DNA of 64,000 bases from Octopus vulgaris (taxonomy: Eukaryota), in NCBI GenBank assembly GCA_951406725.2, contig OX597815.1, positions 46,190,001 through 46,254,000 of the forward strand. Reading direction: 5' to 3'. The notes under the pieces were generated by a model. That model was given only the letters and a program-made list of their open reading frames with translations, had not been told where the DNA came from and ran no database searches. Shown here in pieces: positions 28,486 through 45,009 of this stretch. Each line of letters begins with the position of its first letter. Position 1 is the first letter of the stretch. A program made the position numbers and the translations under genes.

Positions 28486-29150
28486 TACATATACATACTT
28501 ATATACGTACATACATATTTCATGTGTATATTTGGTAAGACACAAACTCAAGAAACAGGTATTGTATTATTCTTGCTTATTAGTTTCAGCTATTTCTTTA
28601 GGGCTGCAGATATTCGTACAAAATCCAGTTTTAACGATAATTCCCTGTTGTTCTATGCAGCTTATGGATAATTTAGTTACTTATATTTTCTTTCTATATT
28701 ATCAAAATAGATATAAAAAACATCGGGGAATTTTAATTTGAAATTATGATAGCTCATATATCAACTCTAAAATTTACAAACGAAAGTTTAAAATTTCTTA
28801 CTCGGTACAAAGCTATGAAATTTGGAGAGAATCACTGTCGCTTAAATAAAATCCTGAGTAAATTTCAGTGGATAATTGATGTGATTGCTCCCCCAGAAGG
28901 ATGGATGAGAGACCAAATTACTCAGGTTCGACTACCTACACATTACAATTACCATTGTCCTCTACATGAGGGTTTTCAACCGGCTGCAGTTTATTTGATA
29001 CCGCACTGCAGAAAGAAAAGATATTTAAATTTTATTTCTATTTTATAGACTATTGTAGTCTGCAGGGTTTTTGCATTATATAACGGGAAGCTTTATGAAA
29101 ATAGACAAAAGACGAAGGCAGGTTTACGGAAATAAACAAAAGACGAAGTC

Positions 29151-29196
<46 letters not shown>

Positions 29197-29377
29197 GTAT
29201 TATATATTATATATAATACACACACACATATATATATATATATATACATATACATACACACACACACACACACACATAGTATCAAGTAAAGGTTTGTATC
29301 TTCAATATATATAATGAGTTCATGACGAATCGAAATACATGTTCATTACATTATTACTACTACTACTACAAATATAG

Positions 29378-29778
29378 AGGCGCAATGGCCTAGTGGTTAG
29401 GGCAGCGGACTAGCAGTCATAGGATTCCGGGCTGGATTCACAGACCGGGCGTTGTGAGTCTTTATTGAGCGAAAACACTTAAAGCACCACGAAGCTCCGG
29501 CAGGGGTTGGTGGTGGCGAATCCTGCTGTACACTTTCGCCACAACTTTCTTCCACTTTTTCTTCCTGTTTCTGTTGTACCTGTATTTCAAAGGGCCAGCC
29601 TTGCCCCACACTGTGTCACACTGAATCTCTCCGAGAATTACGCTAAGGGTACATGTGTCTGTGAAATGCTCAGCCACTTGCACGTTAATTTCACGAGCAG
29701 GCTGTTCCGCTGATTGGATCAACTGGAACCCTCGTCGTCGTAACCGACGAAGTGCCGTACTAACCGACGAAGTGCCGT
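29378..29778 (+). mobile_element. SINE family C (tRNA head; Octopus OK-like)
   Basis: ggcgcaatggcctagtggttagggcagcggact A-box; 3' end taaccgacgaagtgccgta duplicated; reverse copy at 42364-42725. Confidence 0.88.
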
Positions 29779-29782
29779 AGTA

Positions 29783-29864
<82 letters not shown>

Positions 29865-29879
29865 TTGTTGTTGTTGTTG

Positions 29880-30072
29880 TTAAGCAACAAGACGGGTAAG
29901 GGTGATTAGGTGATGGTCTAGGGCTTAGGGGCGGGAGACCCCAGACCTTGGGAAAAAAAACTTTGATCGTCTTGTTGTAGTTGAGGGCTCTTCATTGACG
30001 CCCGACACCACTGGGATGTGGCCCACGAAGTCGCTGGAAATGGAGATCTCCAGGTCCAAATTCTTGAACGGC
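29880..30072 (-). mobile_element. ~195-nt structured short retroposon with (AAC)n tail, copy 1
   Basis: Highly similar to 49989-50181 with the same boundaries; inserted in (CTG)n/(CTA)n. Confidence 0.8.
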
Positions 30073-30116
30073 TGCTGCTGCTGCTGCTGCTGATACTACT
30101 GTTGCTGCTGCTGCTG

Positions 30117-30191
<75 letters not shown>

Positions 30192-30682
30192 TTTCTTTTT
30201 CCGTTTCTGGTTTTCTTTCCGTCCTCGTTAACTCCTCCTTCTTTTCTCTTCCTCGTTCGTTTGCAAACACAAACAACATACCTGAATCCTTGCCAAATAA
30301 CAGCGATCGATCAGCGACAAGCCATTTAGATAATTCGGTGTGAATCGCTTACACTAATGTTGTTTACAATGTGTCACTTGTGGCTAAAAGCAAGCAACTT
30401 CTTTCCATTCCGTCAAGCACTTCTAATACAGATAGGTGTATTTAATTGTTTCGTCAATTTAGCTTCGAGACAAACAGACGTCAGCCAATTGTAGGACAAT
30501 CGTTGTACAATGTTGACCACGTCACGTCCTTTATTAGACGAGAAAATACAATTACTCGCCCTCTTTCATACATCTTACAAATGATATATTTTCTTTACAT
30601 ATATACATACACATACATACATATGCATACATATATAAATATCTATATATATACATATATAAGTATGTGTAATATATGTATA

Positions 30683-30718
<36 letters not shown>

Positions 30719-30756
30719 TGTATGTATGTATGTATGTATGTATGTATGTATTTATG

Positions 30757-30789
<33 letters not shown>

Positions 30790-31478
30790 ACGTGTGTGTG
30801 TGTAAAGTGTCATTTCTTCATTTCTTTAATTTCTTTACTTCGTTTTGGGAAATTTTGTATTATTTTGTATGTTATTGTTCTTTTTGGGGGGAAGGGGATG
30901 GGTGTTTTTGTTTTATTTTGTTTTATTTTGTTTTGTTTTCTTAAATGGTGTTTCAGTGAGTGACGAAAGAAAAGAAATATTCGTGTTTCGTTCCTTCTCA
31001 TCTTAAGCAAACTTTGCATTTCTTTTATTGCCTCGAGATTCAAACAGAAGTGCCAAGTATTTTGTGATACAAAGTAGATTAAGTTGTGACGCTGGTAAGA
31101 TATTACACACATACCAACATGCATACGAACATATACGTATACACATATATATGCACAACACACACAGGTGCATATGGATGACACAAATTATGTCTATCTA
31201 TCTATCTATCTATCCATCTATCTACCTATCAATCAGTCTGACACCACTTTACTCGCATCTGTTTGTCTGTATCTCTCACTCTCCCCTCCTCTCTCTTTCC
31301 CTTCCTCCCTCCCACCCTCTGTATTAATGTTTGTATAGGCATGACTGTGTGGTTAAGAAATTCGTTTTATAACCAAGAAGTTTCGAGTTCAGTTCTACTG
31401 CACAGCACCTTGGGCTATTATAACCATGGGTCAATCAATGCATTGTGAGTGAATTTGGTAGACGGAAACTGTGTGGAA

Positions 31479-31616
<138 letters not shown>

Positions 31617-31742
31617 CATACGTACAAACATTTGTAAATGATAATAATATTTTTATAAACATAAACTGTAAGCTTATGAAAAATACAATTATTGTTATTT
31701 ACAAATTGTAAAACTTCGGCTCCGCTTATCAAATAATAGCGC

Positions 31743-31795
<53 letters not shown>

Positions 31796-31815
31796 TTTTT
31801 ATATATATACTCACT

Positions 31816-31879
<64 letters not shown>

Positions 31880-32212
31880 CCCAGTGAGTTTGTTAAAAAA
31901 TATACATTAGCGACAGAAGCAATTTTTAGTATCGAGAGGTAATGTTTATTCTCACTTAAACGTGGGTGTTCTGTTAGAACAAAGTTTACTGCGGTAAATA
32001 ACATGAGAGAAACTCTTATACAGGCTTTTGGTGTAGAATGCACACTTATTTATATCGTTAGCAGGGAGATAAATCCTCACCAACTCTAGCGCCGAGATCA
32101 CTCGATCACGCTTGATTGTTGCTCGCTTATCACTTCAAGTTCGTTGGAGTTGTTTTTGTCCTCTTTACTGAATACTCATACGTTGTTTTCGACAGGAGTA
32201 CCATTACTTATA

Positions 32213-32287
<75 letters not shown>

Positions 32288-32494
32288 CATTATCTATTTT
32301 TATTACAGTCATTGATTTAGAAACGCTCAAACTAAATATCAACGACATGCATCTCAATTTGGTGAGGCTTTGAAATATGATATTGCACTCATTCCTTAAC
32401 TTGGATGAAATAAAATTATCACTTGTTATGAGCAGAAAGCCTTTTGAGTTCATATGTTATAGCATTCATTCTAATATTAATTGATAAACAAAAG

Positions 32495-32895
32495 TGGGGA
32501 GCTAGCAAAATGGTTAGCACGCTGGGCAAAATGCCTAGCGGTATTTCGTCCATCTTTAAGCTTACAGTTCAAATTCTGCCAAGGTGTACTTTGCTTTTCC
32601 TCCTATCGGGGTCGTTGAGCACTGAGGTTGAGATAATCGACTTCATGGCCTTGTGCCAAAATTTGAAACCGATACTAATTTAAATACAAGAGCTGGCAGA
32701 ACTTGTTAGCACGCTGGGCAAAATGCTTTATGACATTTCGTTCCTCTTTACGTTCTTAGTTCAAATTCCGCCGAGGTCGACTTTGCTTTCATCCAACTGG
32801 AGTCAATAAAATAAGTACCAGTCGAGCATGGGAGTCCATGTAATCGACTTACCCTTCCTCCCAAAATGCTGGCTTTGTGCCAAAATTTGAAATCA
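32495..32895 (+). mobile_element. Two tandem SINE family B copies
   Basis: Heads at ~32495 and ~32688; gttcaaattc B-box and core. Confidence 0.85.
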
Positions 32896-34098
32896 TTATT
32901 AATTGGAGTACCCTTTCCATTCGTAATACTATACAACTTGTCAACATTAAGAGCGATATGGAAAACATATGTATGCTTTGTAGTAAAACAGCTGTAAATT
33001 ATTCACAATGAGAAGAACTTCTCTTTATATACAGTATACAACTTTCGCAATGACATCGGCTGATACGTTAGTATACATTAACGATGACTTCTCGTGATAC
33101 ATATTATAGTTACGCAATATCTTCATATTCTGTCAAAAGAAACATAGCGTTTTCCCACTCCAGCTTCAAGTGCAATACATGAATGCCTGGAGAGAATTAG
33201 CAGGGTTTCTTCTGCAAGAATTAGGGCACAGACAAATCTAAAAAGCAATATGCTTGGTGCGAATCGAAAAACAAAAACACAAATGCAGTTCATACTGCAG
33301 AATAGTACTTTAGTTGAGCTGACAATTACAGATCACAAGAATTTTGAAGCAGCAACAGACTGTACACGGTTGCTCGGTCTACTTGAAAAGGCAACCAAAT
33401 CTTTCTCTCTTCAGTCACACCCTACTGTCTTAAGAATGTGAGGGCACATTATGTAATGCAGTTGTAGATATACTGTGTTTTAAAAAGAAAAGAAAACCAA
33501 AAAACTATGGAATGGAAACAGCTATAATGCCCATGATCATATATCTAATCAATCAGAAATCATCTGATTCTACACAACAGCATTCTCAGCTAAAATTCCC
33601 ATAGTAGATGAGTAACTGAAAATTATTTCATGAAACAGGGTGGTATTGAGGAATTAGGGAAGGGTGGGCATTTTAGACAAGTGTGTACAGACACTTGGAC
33701 AAAATGCAATCTAAAATTAATCATACTCAATATTGGAAGTTCACGTATTGTGATTTAAAAATTTGGGAAAACGCTGGGTATAGAGAGATTAATTCTGAAT
33801 AAAAAAATGATCTGGGAAAGTAATTTCAAGCGTGTCAAAATGCTTCAGCGAGATATAGTAAAGATGACAACATAGGAAAAGCAGTTTTAAAATGTGTGAT
33901 TGTATGGAAGGAGAAATCAATCAAAAGGGTCTAAGAAACACCAACGTTTGTAAAATTATGAATTTATAATTGGCAAGCAGTCGGCGGGCAAACGACGTCT
34001 AAGGCATTCGAGTCCCCCTAGTGGTAGAGTGCTTTCTTATTTCTTATAATGCCTGATATCAACAATTAGTATTGTCACAATAGAAATATGCACATATA

Positions 34099-34238
34099 GG
34101 TGCAAGAGTGGCTGTGTGGTAAGAGACTTGCCTCCCAACCACATGGTTCTGAGTTCAGTCCCACTACGTGGCACCTTGCGCGAGTGCCTTCTACTATAGC
34201 CTTGTGAGTGGGTTTGGTAGAAGGAAACTGAAAGAACC

Positions 34239-34327
<89 letters not shown>

Positions 34328-34510
34328 TATCTCCTACAACCTCTTGGCAACCGGTGCTGCTGTGTTTACGTCCTCGTAACTTAGCCGTTCGACAAAAGAA
34401 TCTGATAAATTAAATACCAGGTTTAAAAAGAAATAAAAGTATTAAGGTCGATTTATTCGACAAAAATTCTTCAGTCTAATGACCGAAATAAGTAAAAGAA
34501 TAAAAGAATA
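34099..34510 (+). mobile_element. SINE family A
   Basis: Consensus match. Confidence 0.9.
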
Positions 34511-34734
34511 AAATAAGTATGAAGCAATACAAGCTATGGCGAGTTGTTGAAGCGTTTTTAATGAAGGAGCATCTACGAAAGCGCTTCAGAGTTTGAAGCC
34601 ACGTGTGCACTAACAGCACCATTGCTGATAGAGCGCAGTATCCCTGTGTAAGACAAATCTCTGGTTTGCATTGCCTAGATAGGTTCTTAGGTGCATATAT
34701 TTGGGGTTTGAGAAAGAATGAAAATATTTATGTT

Positions 34735-36232
<1,498 letters not shown>

Positions 36233-36244
36233 ATGTGTGTGTGT

Positions 36245-36285
<41 letters not shown>

Positions 36286-36756
36286 CATGTGTATGTGCGG
36301 ATAAAGGCGTGCAGTTGACTTAAATAGACTAAGGGACGATGCGATCTATGTTTGCCGATATCAAATTAAATGTCTATTAAAATGACTCCAGACTTTAAGT
36401 CTAAAAATTGGAACACATTTAATAGATTCATAATTTGATATCTACGAATATAGACTGTCTAATTTTCTAATATATTTAATCGTGTAATTGAAGACCTATT
36501 TACATAGCTCTAGTGTTATATGTTGAGCATTCTATGCCACATCGCAAAGATATGGAATTGAATGTAATATAACTAGAATATATAAAAATAAGTATAGTTG
36601 TGCATATCTATTATTATTTCATTATATATATAGCAGTCCGTCTGCCTATCATGGATACCTATGTATCCATTAAGTATATAAATATGAATGTATGCATATC
36701 TGTATATATGTATGTGTGTAAATATGTATGTATAATTAGCTCTCTCTCTCTGTCTG

Positions 36757-36825
<69 letters not shown>

Positions 36826-37684
36826 TTAATGATTTTTATGTACTTATCGTTCTAGCTGTGTGTGTGTCTCTATGCATAACTCTCTGATAGTCTGCCTGTC
36901 TATCTCTTTTATACTTTTCTTCATAGTTCTTTACTTCCAAAACCTATATTTTCCTAATGCAATGCTTTCTATGTTGTCTTTAAATTCTGTTATTGTTGTG
37001 ATGTTAATTTTTTTTTTAAATTTCAGATGTCTCCCTTCATAAATCTATCTCAATAACCCTTTATTTACAATCTCCTTTTATAGTATCATTCTATTCCTTT
37101 CCATAATTCCATTCTTTTACTCATTGACGAACATGGTTTCATTCTTTTTTAACGCTATTTAACTAACTTATTTCCATCAACCGCTCCAGTAGACTTCATA
37201 ATTCTCTATAGTCATTATTTCCGTTTTTTCCTTCCTTACTTTTTCCTATTTGTCTACCAATATTTTTTCTTTTCTGTTCGTCTTTCCTTCCATATTTTCG
37301 CGTTCCTCTTCTGCAGCCACATGTGATAAAACTTGCAGTCATGTTTTTTCGCGCCAACGTATCAAAATTGGCAGCAAGCGGAGACACCACCAAGTTTACT
37401 TTGGCGGAGAAGTTGGGCCGACTTTATTTTTATCGCATTTTGTCTCTCAAGAGCAACCGGGCGGTTAAATGAGACCAGTCATGCAAGCTGAGCAAAAAGA
37501 TGTAGACGAACGAGATATGAGGATGGTGGTGAGGTTGATACTTACTGTTAAAGGTGCTCCTCTTGGTGGAGGTGGTTGAGATGGTAGTGATGGTGAGGAA
37601 TCATGTGTGCGTGTATGTTGAGTGTGTGTATGTTGAGTGTGTGTATGTGTGAGTGCGTCTGAATGAGTGAATGTATACATACAG

Positions 37685-37686
<2 letters not shown>

Positions 37687-37747
<61 letters not shown>

Positions 37748-37779
37748 CAATAACAATAATAATAATAATAATAATAATG

Positions 37780-37861
<82 letters not shown>

Positions 37862-37907
37862 TGATAATAATAATAATAATGATGATGATGATGATGATGA
37901 TGATGAT
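37687..37907. repeat. (AAT)n/(GAT)n microsatellite
   Basis: Direct reading. Confidence 0.99.
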
Positions 37908-37914
37908 CATCATC

Positions 37915-38345
37915 CTTTCTACTGGAGGCAAAAGGTCTGAAATTATGGGGAGGGTGATAGTCGATTACATTGACCCCCAGTGTTCACTAGTACTTAATTT
38001 ATTGATCCCGAAAGAATGAAAGGCAAAGTGGACCTCGGTGGAATTTGAATTCAGAACGTAAGGACGGATGAAATGTCGTTAAGAACTTTGTCCGGAGCGG
38101 TTACGATTGCCCTGTGTCGCCTTAATAACAACAACAGCAGCACCAGTAGTAGTAGTAATAGTAGTAGTAGTAGTAATAATAATAATAATGGATTCAAATT
38201 TTGGCACAAGACCCGTTGTTTTATGGAGAGGATGTAAGTCAAAAGCATCGACACATCACTTGGCGTGTACTTTGGTTTATCGAATGCAAAAGGGTGACAG
38301 GCGAAATTGACCTTGATGGGAATTGAACTCAGAACGGAAAGGATA
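37915..38345 (-). mobile_element. Two SINE family B copies
   Basis: Reverse-complement cores at ~37990-38060 and ~38270-38340. Confidence 0.8.
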
Positions 38346-38982
38346 AATACAATGATACTCTTTTTCTCATGGAAAGGGGCGAAGGAGAGAAAGGGAGTGA
38401 AATATCTGGAGTTAGTGGAGGAATGTTGCAGAAACAAGTGGACCACTAGATGCATGTGAGTGTAGGTGAACAGTTGAGATACTTACCAGGTCATTCTTTT
38501 AGCAGGGTATATGGTTTGCTGAGCGTTAGAAGAATGTACAGATGAAAAATCAACAATAATATCACTGAGATAGAGACCGGTGTGGACAGTAGGATGAGAC
38601 ATAGATACAGGCTGAGACAGGAGCATCCTCGATCTGTTTGCCCGGATAACAGAATATATTGTGTAGTACCAATAAAACGAATGACGTATTCGAGTATTGC
38701 ATGCGAACGTATGTATGCATAAACATGTACCATAGCAACATGCACACACGCACGTATACACAAAGCTAGGTGGCTGTGAATTCACGCCATTGATAAAGCG
38801 CAACTACACTGAAATGCATCTGGCGTTCTCGTTAGCCGCTGCTGGTATAACTTTGGTCTACTTCCGATATATATTGCATTTGAAACACTACGTCGATAAT
38901 AAATGTTATCTTTGGTAGAATAACACATTAACTTGTTTTTCAATGATGCCTTTACATTAATTACAATACATAGATAGCTCTG

Positions 38983-39020
<38 letters not shown>

Positions 39021-39031
39021 ATATATATGTT

Positions 39032-39091
<60 letters not shown>

Positions 39092-39457
39092 TATATGTAT
39101 ATATATAATGTTAATGGAAATATATGTGTATATATATATATATATATATGTATATAAAATGTACACATACATGCACTCATACACACACATATACAGCAAA
39201 TACACACACACGCACAAAGGATATGTTTTCATTAACTGATTTTTAAATTCTACGACGGTGACTTTTATCAATTACAACATCATTCTTATTATCCCTTCAT
39301 GCCTACTACAAGATTTGGCAACAAACGTGTTACTATTATCGTTATATTCAGGAGATGAACTCGAGATCTTGATAAGTCAATTAACTTACGAACGTTTATG
39401 TTCCAAGCAAAATACACAAGACTATTTAGGATAAATAAGATATCCTGAGTAAAACGA

Positions 39458-39520
<63 letters not shown>

Positions 39521-39695
39521 CTAAATAGGGAGAGTTTACGAAAAAAACAAAAGACAAAGACAGGTGGTGTACAAAACAAACAGATGTATTAGTATAACGC
39601 TCAGGAATAGAAAATAGTATTTTACGTTTCGAGCCTACGCTCTTCTACAGAAAGGGACAGAGAAAAAACAAGGAGAGAAAAAATGTGTGTAGTGG

Positions 39696-39697
<2 letters not shown>
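39521..39697 (-). mobile_element. ~175-bp (TA)n-embedded element with ultra-minimal hammerhead-like motif (39620-39653)
   Basis: Reverse-complement homologue of 60050-60225; ttt-CTGTAGA-a-gagc(gtag)gctc-GAAA-cg-TA-aaa. Confidence 0.75.
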
Positions 39698-39752
<55 letters not shown>

Positions 39753-40084
39753 AAATATAAATATATATGTATGTATATATATACATATATATGTACATAT
39801 ATTTTTATATATATCTATATATGTATACATACATATATATATATATACGCACACGCACACGCATACATACACACGCGCATATATATGCCAAACCATTCAT
39901 CATCAATCTATGTATGTATATCTCTCTTCATCCCCCCTTACCCTCTGATATCGGGGACGTCTTCTTTGAAGATCGGTTAACAGAGGGTGAGATGGTCTCT
40001 TACGAAACTCTCTCAGTACTTTTCCTAACAGAAATACTGCAGAGAGAATTTGCATTCTTATTCAACTCACAGTGTAGATGTATT

Positions 40085-40432
40085 CTTTTATTCTTTTACT
40101 GGTTTCAGCCATTTGACTCCGGCCGTGCTGGAGCACCACCTTTAGTCTTTGTAAGCCTGGTGCTTATTCTATCGGTCTCTTTTGCCGAACCGCCAGGTTA
40201 CGGGGACATGAACACACCAACATCGATTGTCAAGCGATGGTGGGAGGACAAACATATACATATATACATATGTATCTAAGACGGGCTTCTTTCAGCTTCC
40301 GTCTACCAATCCTCCTCACAAGGCTTTGGTCAGCCCGAGGCTATAGTAGAAGACACTTGTCTAAGGTGCCACACAATGGGACTGAACCCGGAACCATGTT
40401 GTTGGGAAGCAAGTTTCTTACCACACAGCCAC
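40085..40432 (-). mobile_element. SINE family A
   Basis: Consensus match. Confidence 0.9.
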
Positions 40433-40453
40433 TTCTGATATACGTTGTATTGT

Positions 40454-40485
<32 letters not shown>

Positions 40486-41519
40486 ACACACACACACACA
40501 TGCACACACACACACACACACATTCTTTTATTTGTTTCAGTCACACACACACCTAAAAGCATATACGCACTCACGCTGACGTGCACGCACACACATTTAA
40601 ATTGATGGGTGTCTCGTGTATGTAACATACACAAATGAAAATTCTCTGCCAGTTTCCCTCTTTATATGTAATTGTGTCTGTATGTGCGCATGCATTCGCG
40701 CACTTCCGTGTATGCGTGCATATTCGATCGTATGTATATATGCTTATATTTCTGTGTAACGAGGAGGAAATATATTTACGCTCGAGTTATTGGTAACTAC
40801 TCAGCTAAGTCTACAGATGCAAACAAGAGGCGCCATTTTAGTATATTTTCTCAGAACGTCGTCTCTTTTTTTCCTTCTGTCCACCTCTCTCGCATTATTT
40901 CACCTCTTTCCATATTTCATTACGCGTGCGGATGTTCGCGCGCGCGCATGCGTGCACATACACACGCGTGAGCGCGCACACGCACACAAAGTATGTAGCC
41001 CTGCATAAAACTGTTTTGATTTAGGGCAAAGTAGTTACTATTTCTACTATGTCTATCTACCATATAGATGTCCTCTCGTAAATTCTTAAGCATCCTCCAG
41101 GTCATATATAGGTGCAGGTGTGGTTCAGTGTTTTGCAACCACGTGGTTTCAGGTTCAATTCCACTGCACGGCACATTTGACAAGTAATTGTTACAATGAC
41201 CCGGACACACCAGTGCATTGTGAATGCATTTGTAGACGAAAACTGAGTGAAAACCCATCGTATACATATATGCATACATATATGTATACACCCACATACA
41301 CACTAACACACACAAAAACATGTGTAGCTAGGTTTTTCATAGTCTTGACTGAAGTGTCCATTTAGATTTCTTCAAGCCCTACATTCTATCGCTTCACACA
41401 CGCCCACAAACACACACACAAGCACACACACGCACACATACGCACACATACGCACGCACGCACACACACATACGCACGCACACACACACATACGCACGTA
41501 TGTATGTGTATTATGTGTG

Positions 41520-41561
<42 letters not shown>

Positions 41562-41593
41562 AGAACAAGATGTACGTTACACCGCAATAATAT

Positions 41594-42355
<762 letters not shown>

Positions 42356-42363
42356 TGTTTTTC

Positions 42364-42724
42364 AGTGGCACTCCGTCGGTTGCAATGACGAAGGTTCCAG
42401 TTGATCCGATCAACGGAACAGTCTGCTCGTGAAATTAACCTGTAAGTGGCTGAGAACTCCACAGACACGTGTACCCTTAATGTAATTCTCAGGGAGATTC
42501 AGCGTGACACGGAGTATGAAATATAGGTACAACAGAAACAGGAAGAAAGAATGAGATAAAGTTGTGGTGAAAGAGCACATCAGGGTTCGCCACCACCCCC
42601 AGCTGGAGCCTCGTGGAGGTTAGGTGTTTTCGCTCAATAAACACTCATAACGCCCGGTCTTGGAATGGAAACCGCGATCCTAGGACCACAAGTCCGCTGC
42701 CCTAACGACTGGGCCAGTGCACCT

Positions 42725-42725
<1 letters not shown>
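42364..42725 (-). mobile_element. SINE family C
   Basis: Reverse complement of 29378-29778. Confidence 0.88.
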
Positions 42726-42772
<47 letters not shown>

Positions 42773-42992
42773 TCTTTTATTCTTTTACTTGTTTCAGTCA
42801 TTTGAATGCGGCCATGCAGGAGCACCACCTTCAGCCGTGGAAATCGACATCAGGACTTATTCTTTGTAAGCCTAATAATTATTCTATAGGCCCCTTTTGC
42901 CAAACCGCTAAGTTATGGGGACTTAAACATCAGCATCGCTTGTCAATCGATGGTGGGGAGAGACAAACACTGTCACACAAATAGATACATAT

Positions 42993-43049
<57 letters not shown>

Positions 43050-43053
43050 TATA

Positions 43054-43119
<66 letters not shown>

Positions 43120-43760
43120 CGGAGCTTCTTTCGGTTTCCATCTACCAAATCTACTCACAATGCTTTGATCGGCCCGAGGCTAGAGTACAAGACACTTCCT
43201 TAAGGTGCTACGCAGTGGGACTTAACCTGGAACCATATGGCTGGGAAGCAAGCTTCTTACCACACAGCCACTCCTTTATATAATATTTTGCTTGTTTCAG
43301 TCCTTAGGTTGCGGACATGCTGGGCACGTTCTGATGAATTTTAGTCGAACGAATCGACCCCAGTACTTAATTTTTAGAGCCTACTACTAATTATTTCGCT
43401 CACTTTTACCGAACAGCTAATTTTACGAGGACGTAAGCAGATCAACAATGGTTGTCAAGCGGTAGGGCGGCGAAAAACACTGACACAAAAACACGTACAC
43501 GCACTAGAACACACATGTACACACATGCACACACATACACAAACACACACACACACACACAAACAAACGCACACATACACATACACAAACACACAAATAC
43601 ACACACATTTTAGTCTCCGTCCACGAAATCCGCTGACAAGGCTTTTTGTCCGGCCGAGGCTATAGCAGAAGACACTATCCTAAAGTACAACGCACTGGGA
43701 CTGAACCCGGAACCATGTGGTTGATAAGCAAACTTCTTACCACACGGCCACGACTGTGCC
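42773..43760 (-). mobile_element. Two tandem SINE family A copies
   Basis: 42773-43273 and 43288-43760. Confidence 0.88.
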
Positions 43761-43769
43761 TCTGCGTGT

Positions 43770-43822
<53 letters not shown>

Positions 43823-44432
43823 CGAGTGCGAGTGCGAACGTGTGTGTATGTGCACATGTATTTGTTTGGTGCGCGCTCATATTTACAACCAAATTTCAAG
43901 TTCATTCGTACTAATTCGACTGATACATCCATGAACGGAATAGTGAAGTTTGCATACACTGCTTATATCACGAACAAAGGAAGCCAGAGAGTTATATTTT
44001 CGCTTTGCAAAATTTCTATTTCGGAACGTAAAGAATAGCCCTTTGTTTCAATGGTTTTGTTTACATCTCAGGAAACAAAGAATGAAAAGGTTATTTTTTT
44101 TTACAAATAATATATATATAGAAATGTAGTACGTATTAATATACACTGTACACACTCATGCACATATACACACACGCACACACAAGAGTTAAATATATGC
44201 ATATGTGTGTATATATACTTGTATATAATTCGAATGCGGAGCAAATAATTCACGAAAAATTAATTTGCGAAGATATCATTAACTCTGTTATTATCTATGT
44301 AACAATTTAAAAATGATAACAGAATTAATAATATAAGCGATTACAGTATTTTAGCAATTTAAATTAGAGTTTTGGCTGTTATTTCCAGCAGGTAGATATA
44401 CTTAGTATGTCCTTTGATTGATATACATACAT

Positions 44433-44656
44433 AGGCGGCGAGCTGGCAGAAACGTTAGCACGCCGGGCGAAATGCGTAGCCGTATTTCTTACGTTGTGAG
44501 TTCAAATTCCGCCGAGGTCGACTTTGCCTTTCATCCTTTTCGGGTCGATAAATTAAGTACCAGTTATGCACTGGAGTCGATGTAATCGACTTAATCCGTT
44601 CGTCTGTCCTTGTTTGTCCCCTCTATGTTTAGCCCTTTGTGGACAATAAAGAAATA
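44433..44656 (+). mobile_element. SINE family B, near full length
   Basis: ggcggcgagctggcagaaacgttagc...gcctttcatccttttcgggtcgataaattaagtacc...aataaagaaata. Confidence 0.92.
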
Positions 44657-44730
44657 TATATATATGTTATTATTTTTTACAATATCAAGTAACATAGCAT
44701 GCGTAAAAATACCATGAGGTAGAAAATTAT

Positions 44731-44879
44731 TAATTAATAACTAAAGGTACTACAGGTAGCACCAGCACGCTTAAAAAAAACAGTGAGGCAATTACGGTGA
44801 AAATTTGCGGCTGTAGTTGTCTTCTGACTGCTACTTTTTGCGTGCCAGTGCTACCTGTAGCACCCTCAATTATTAATTA
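44731..44879. repeat. ~150-bp imperfect hairpin
   Basis: taattaataa..ggtactacaggtagcac..gcacgc vs gcgtgc..gtgctacctgtagcacc..ttattaatta. Confidence 0.85.
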
Positions 44880-44961
44880 CTGTATATATATATATATATC
44901 AAATTAATAAAATGAGATAAAAATCCAAGGATGTGAAAGATTTCGGTACATTTATAAAGAG

Positions 44962-45009
44962 GTCTTACAGCTGTTTCTGTGATATTTTATGTATCCCTTC
45001 ATCGGAGAC
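44962..45009 (-). ncRNA. Minimal hammerhead-like motif (inverted copy, stem II partly mismatched)
   Basis: Reverse complement: gtct-CCGATGA-a-gggatac..atatcac-a-GAAA-cagctg-TA-agac. Confidence 0.6.

Noticed and set aside
29378-29450. tRNA-like sequence
   Set aside because: Head of SINE family C that continues into the SINE body; no complete cloverleaf
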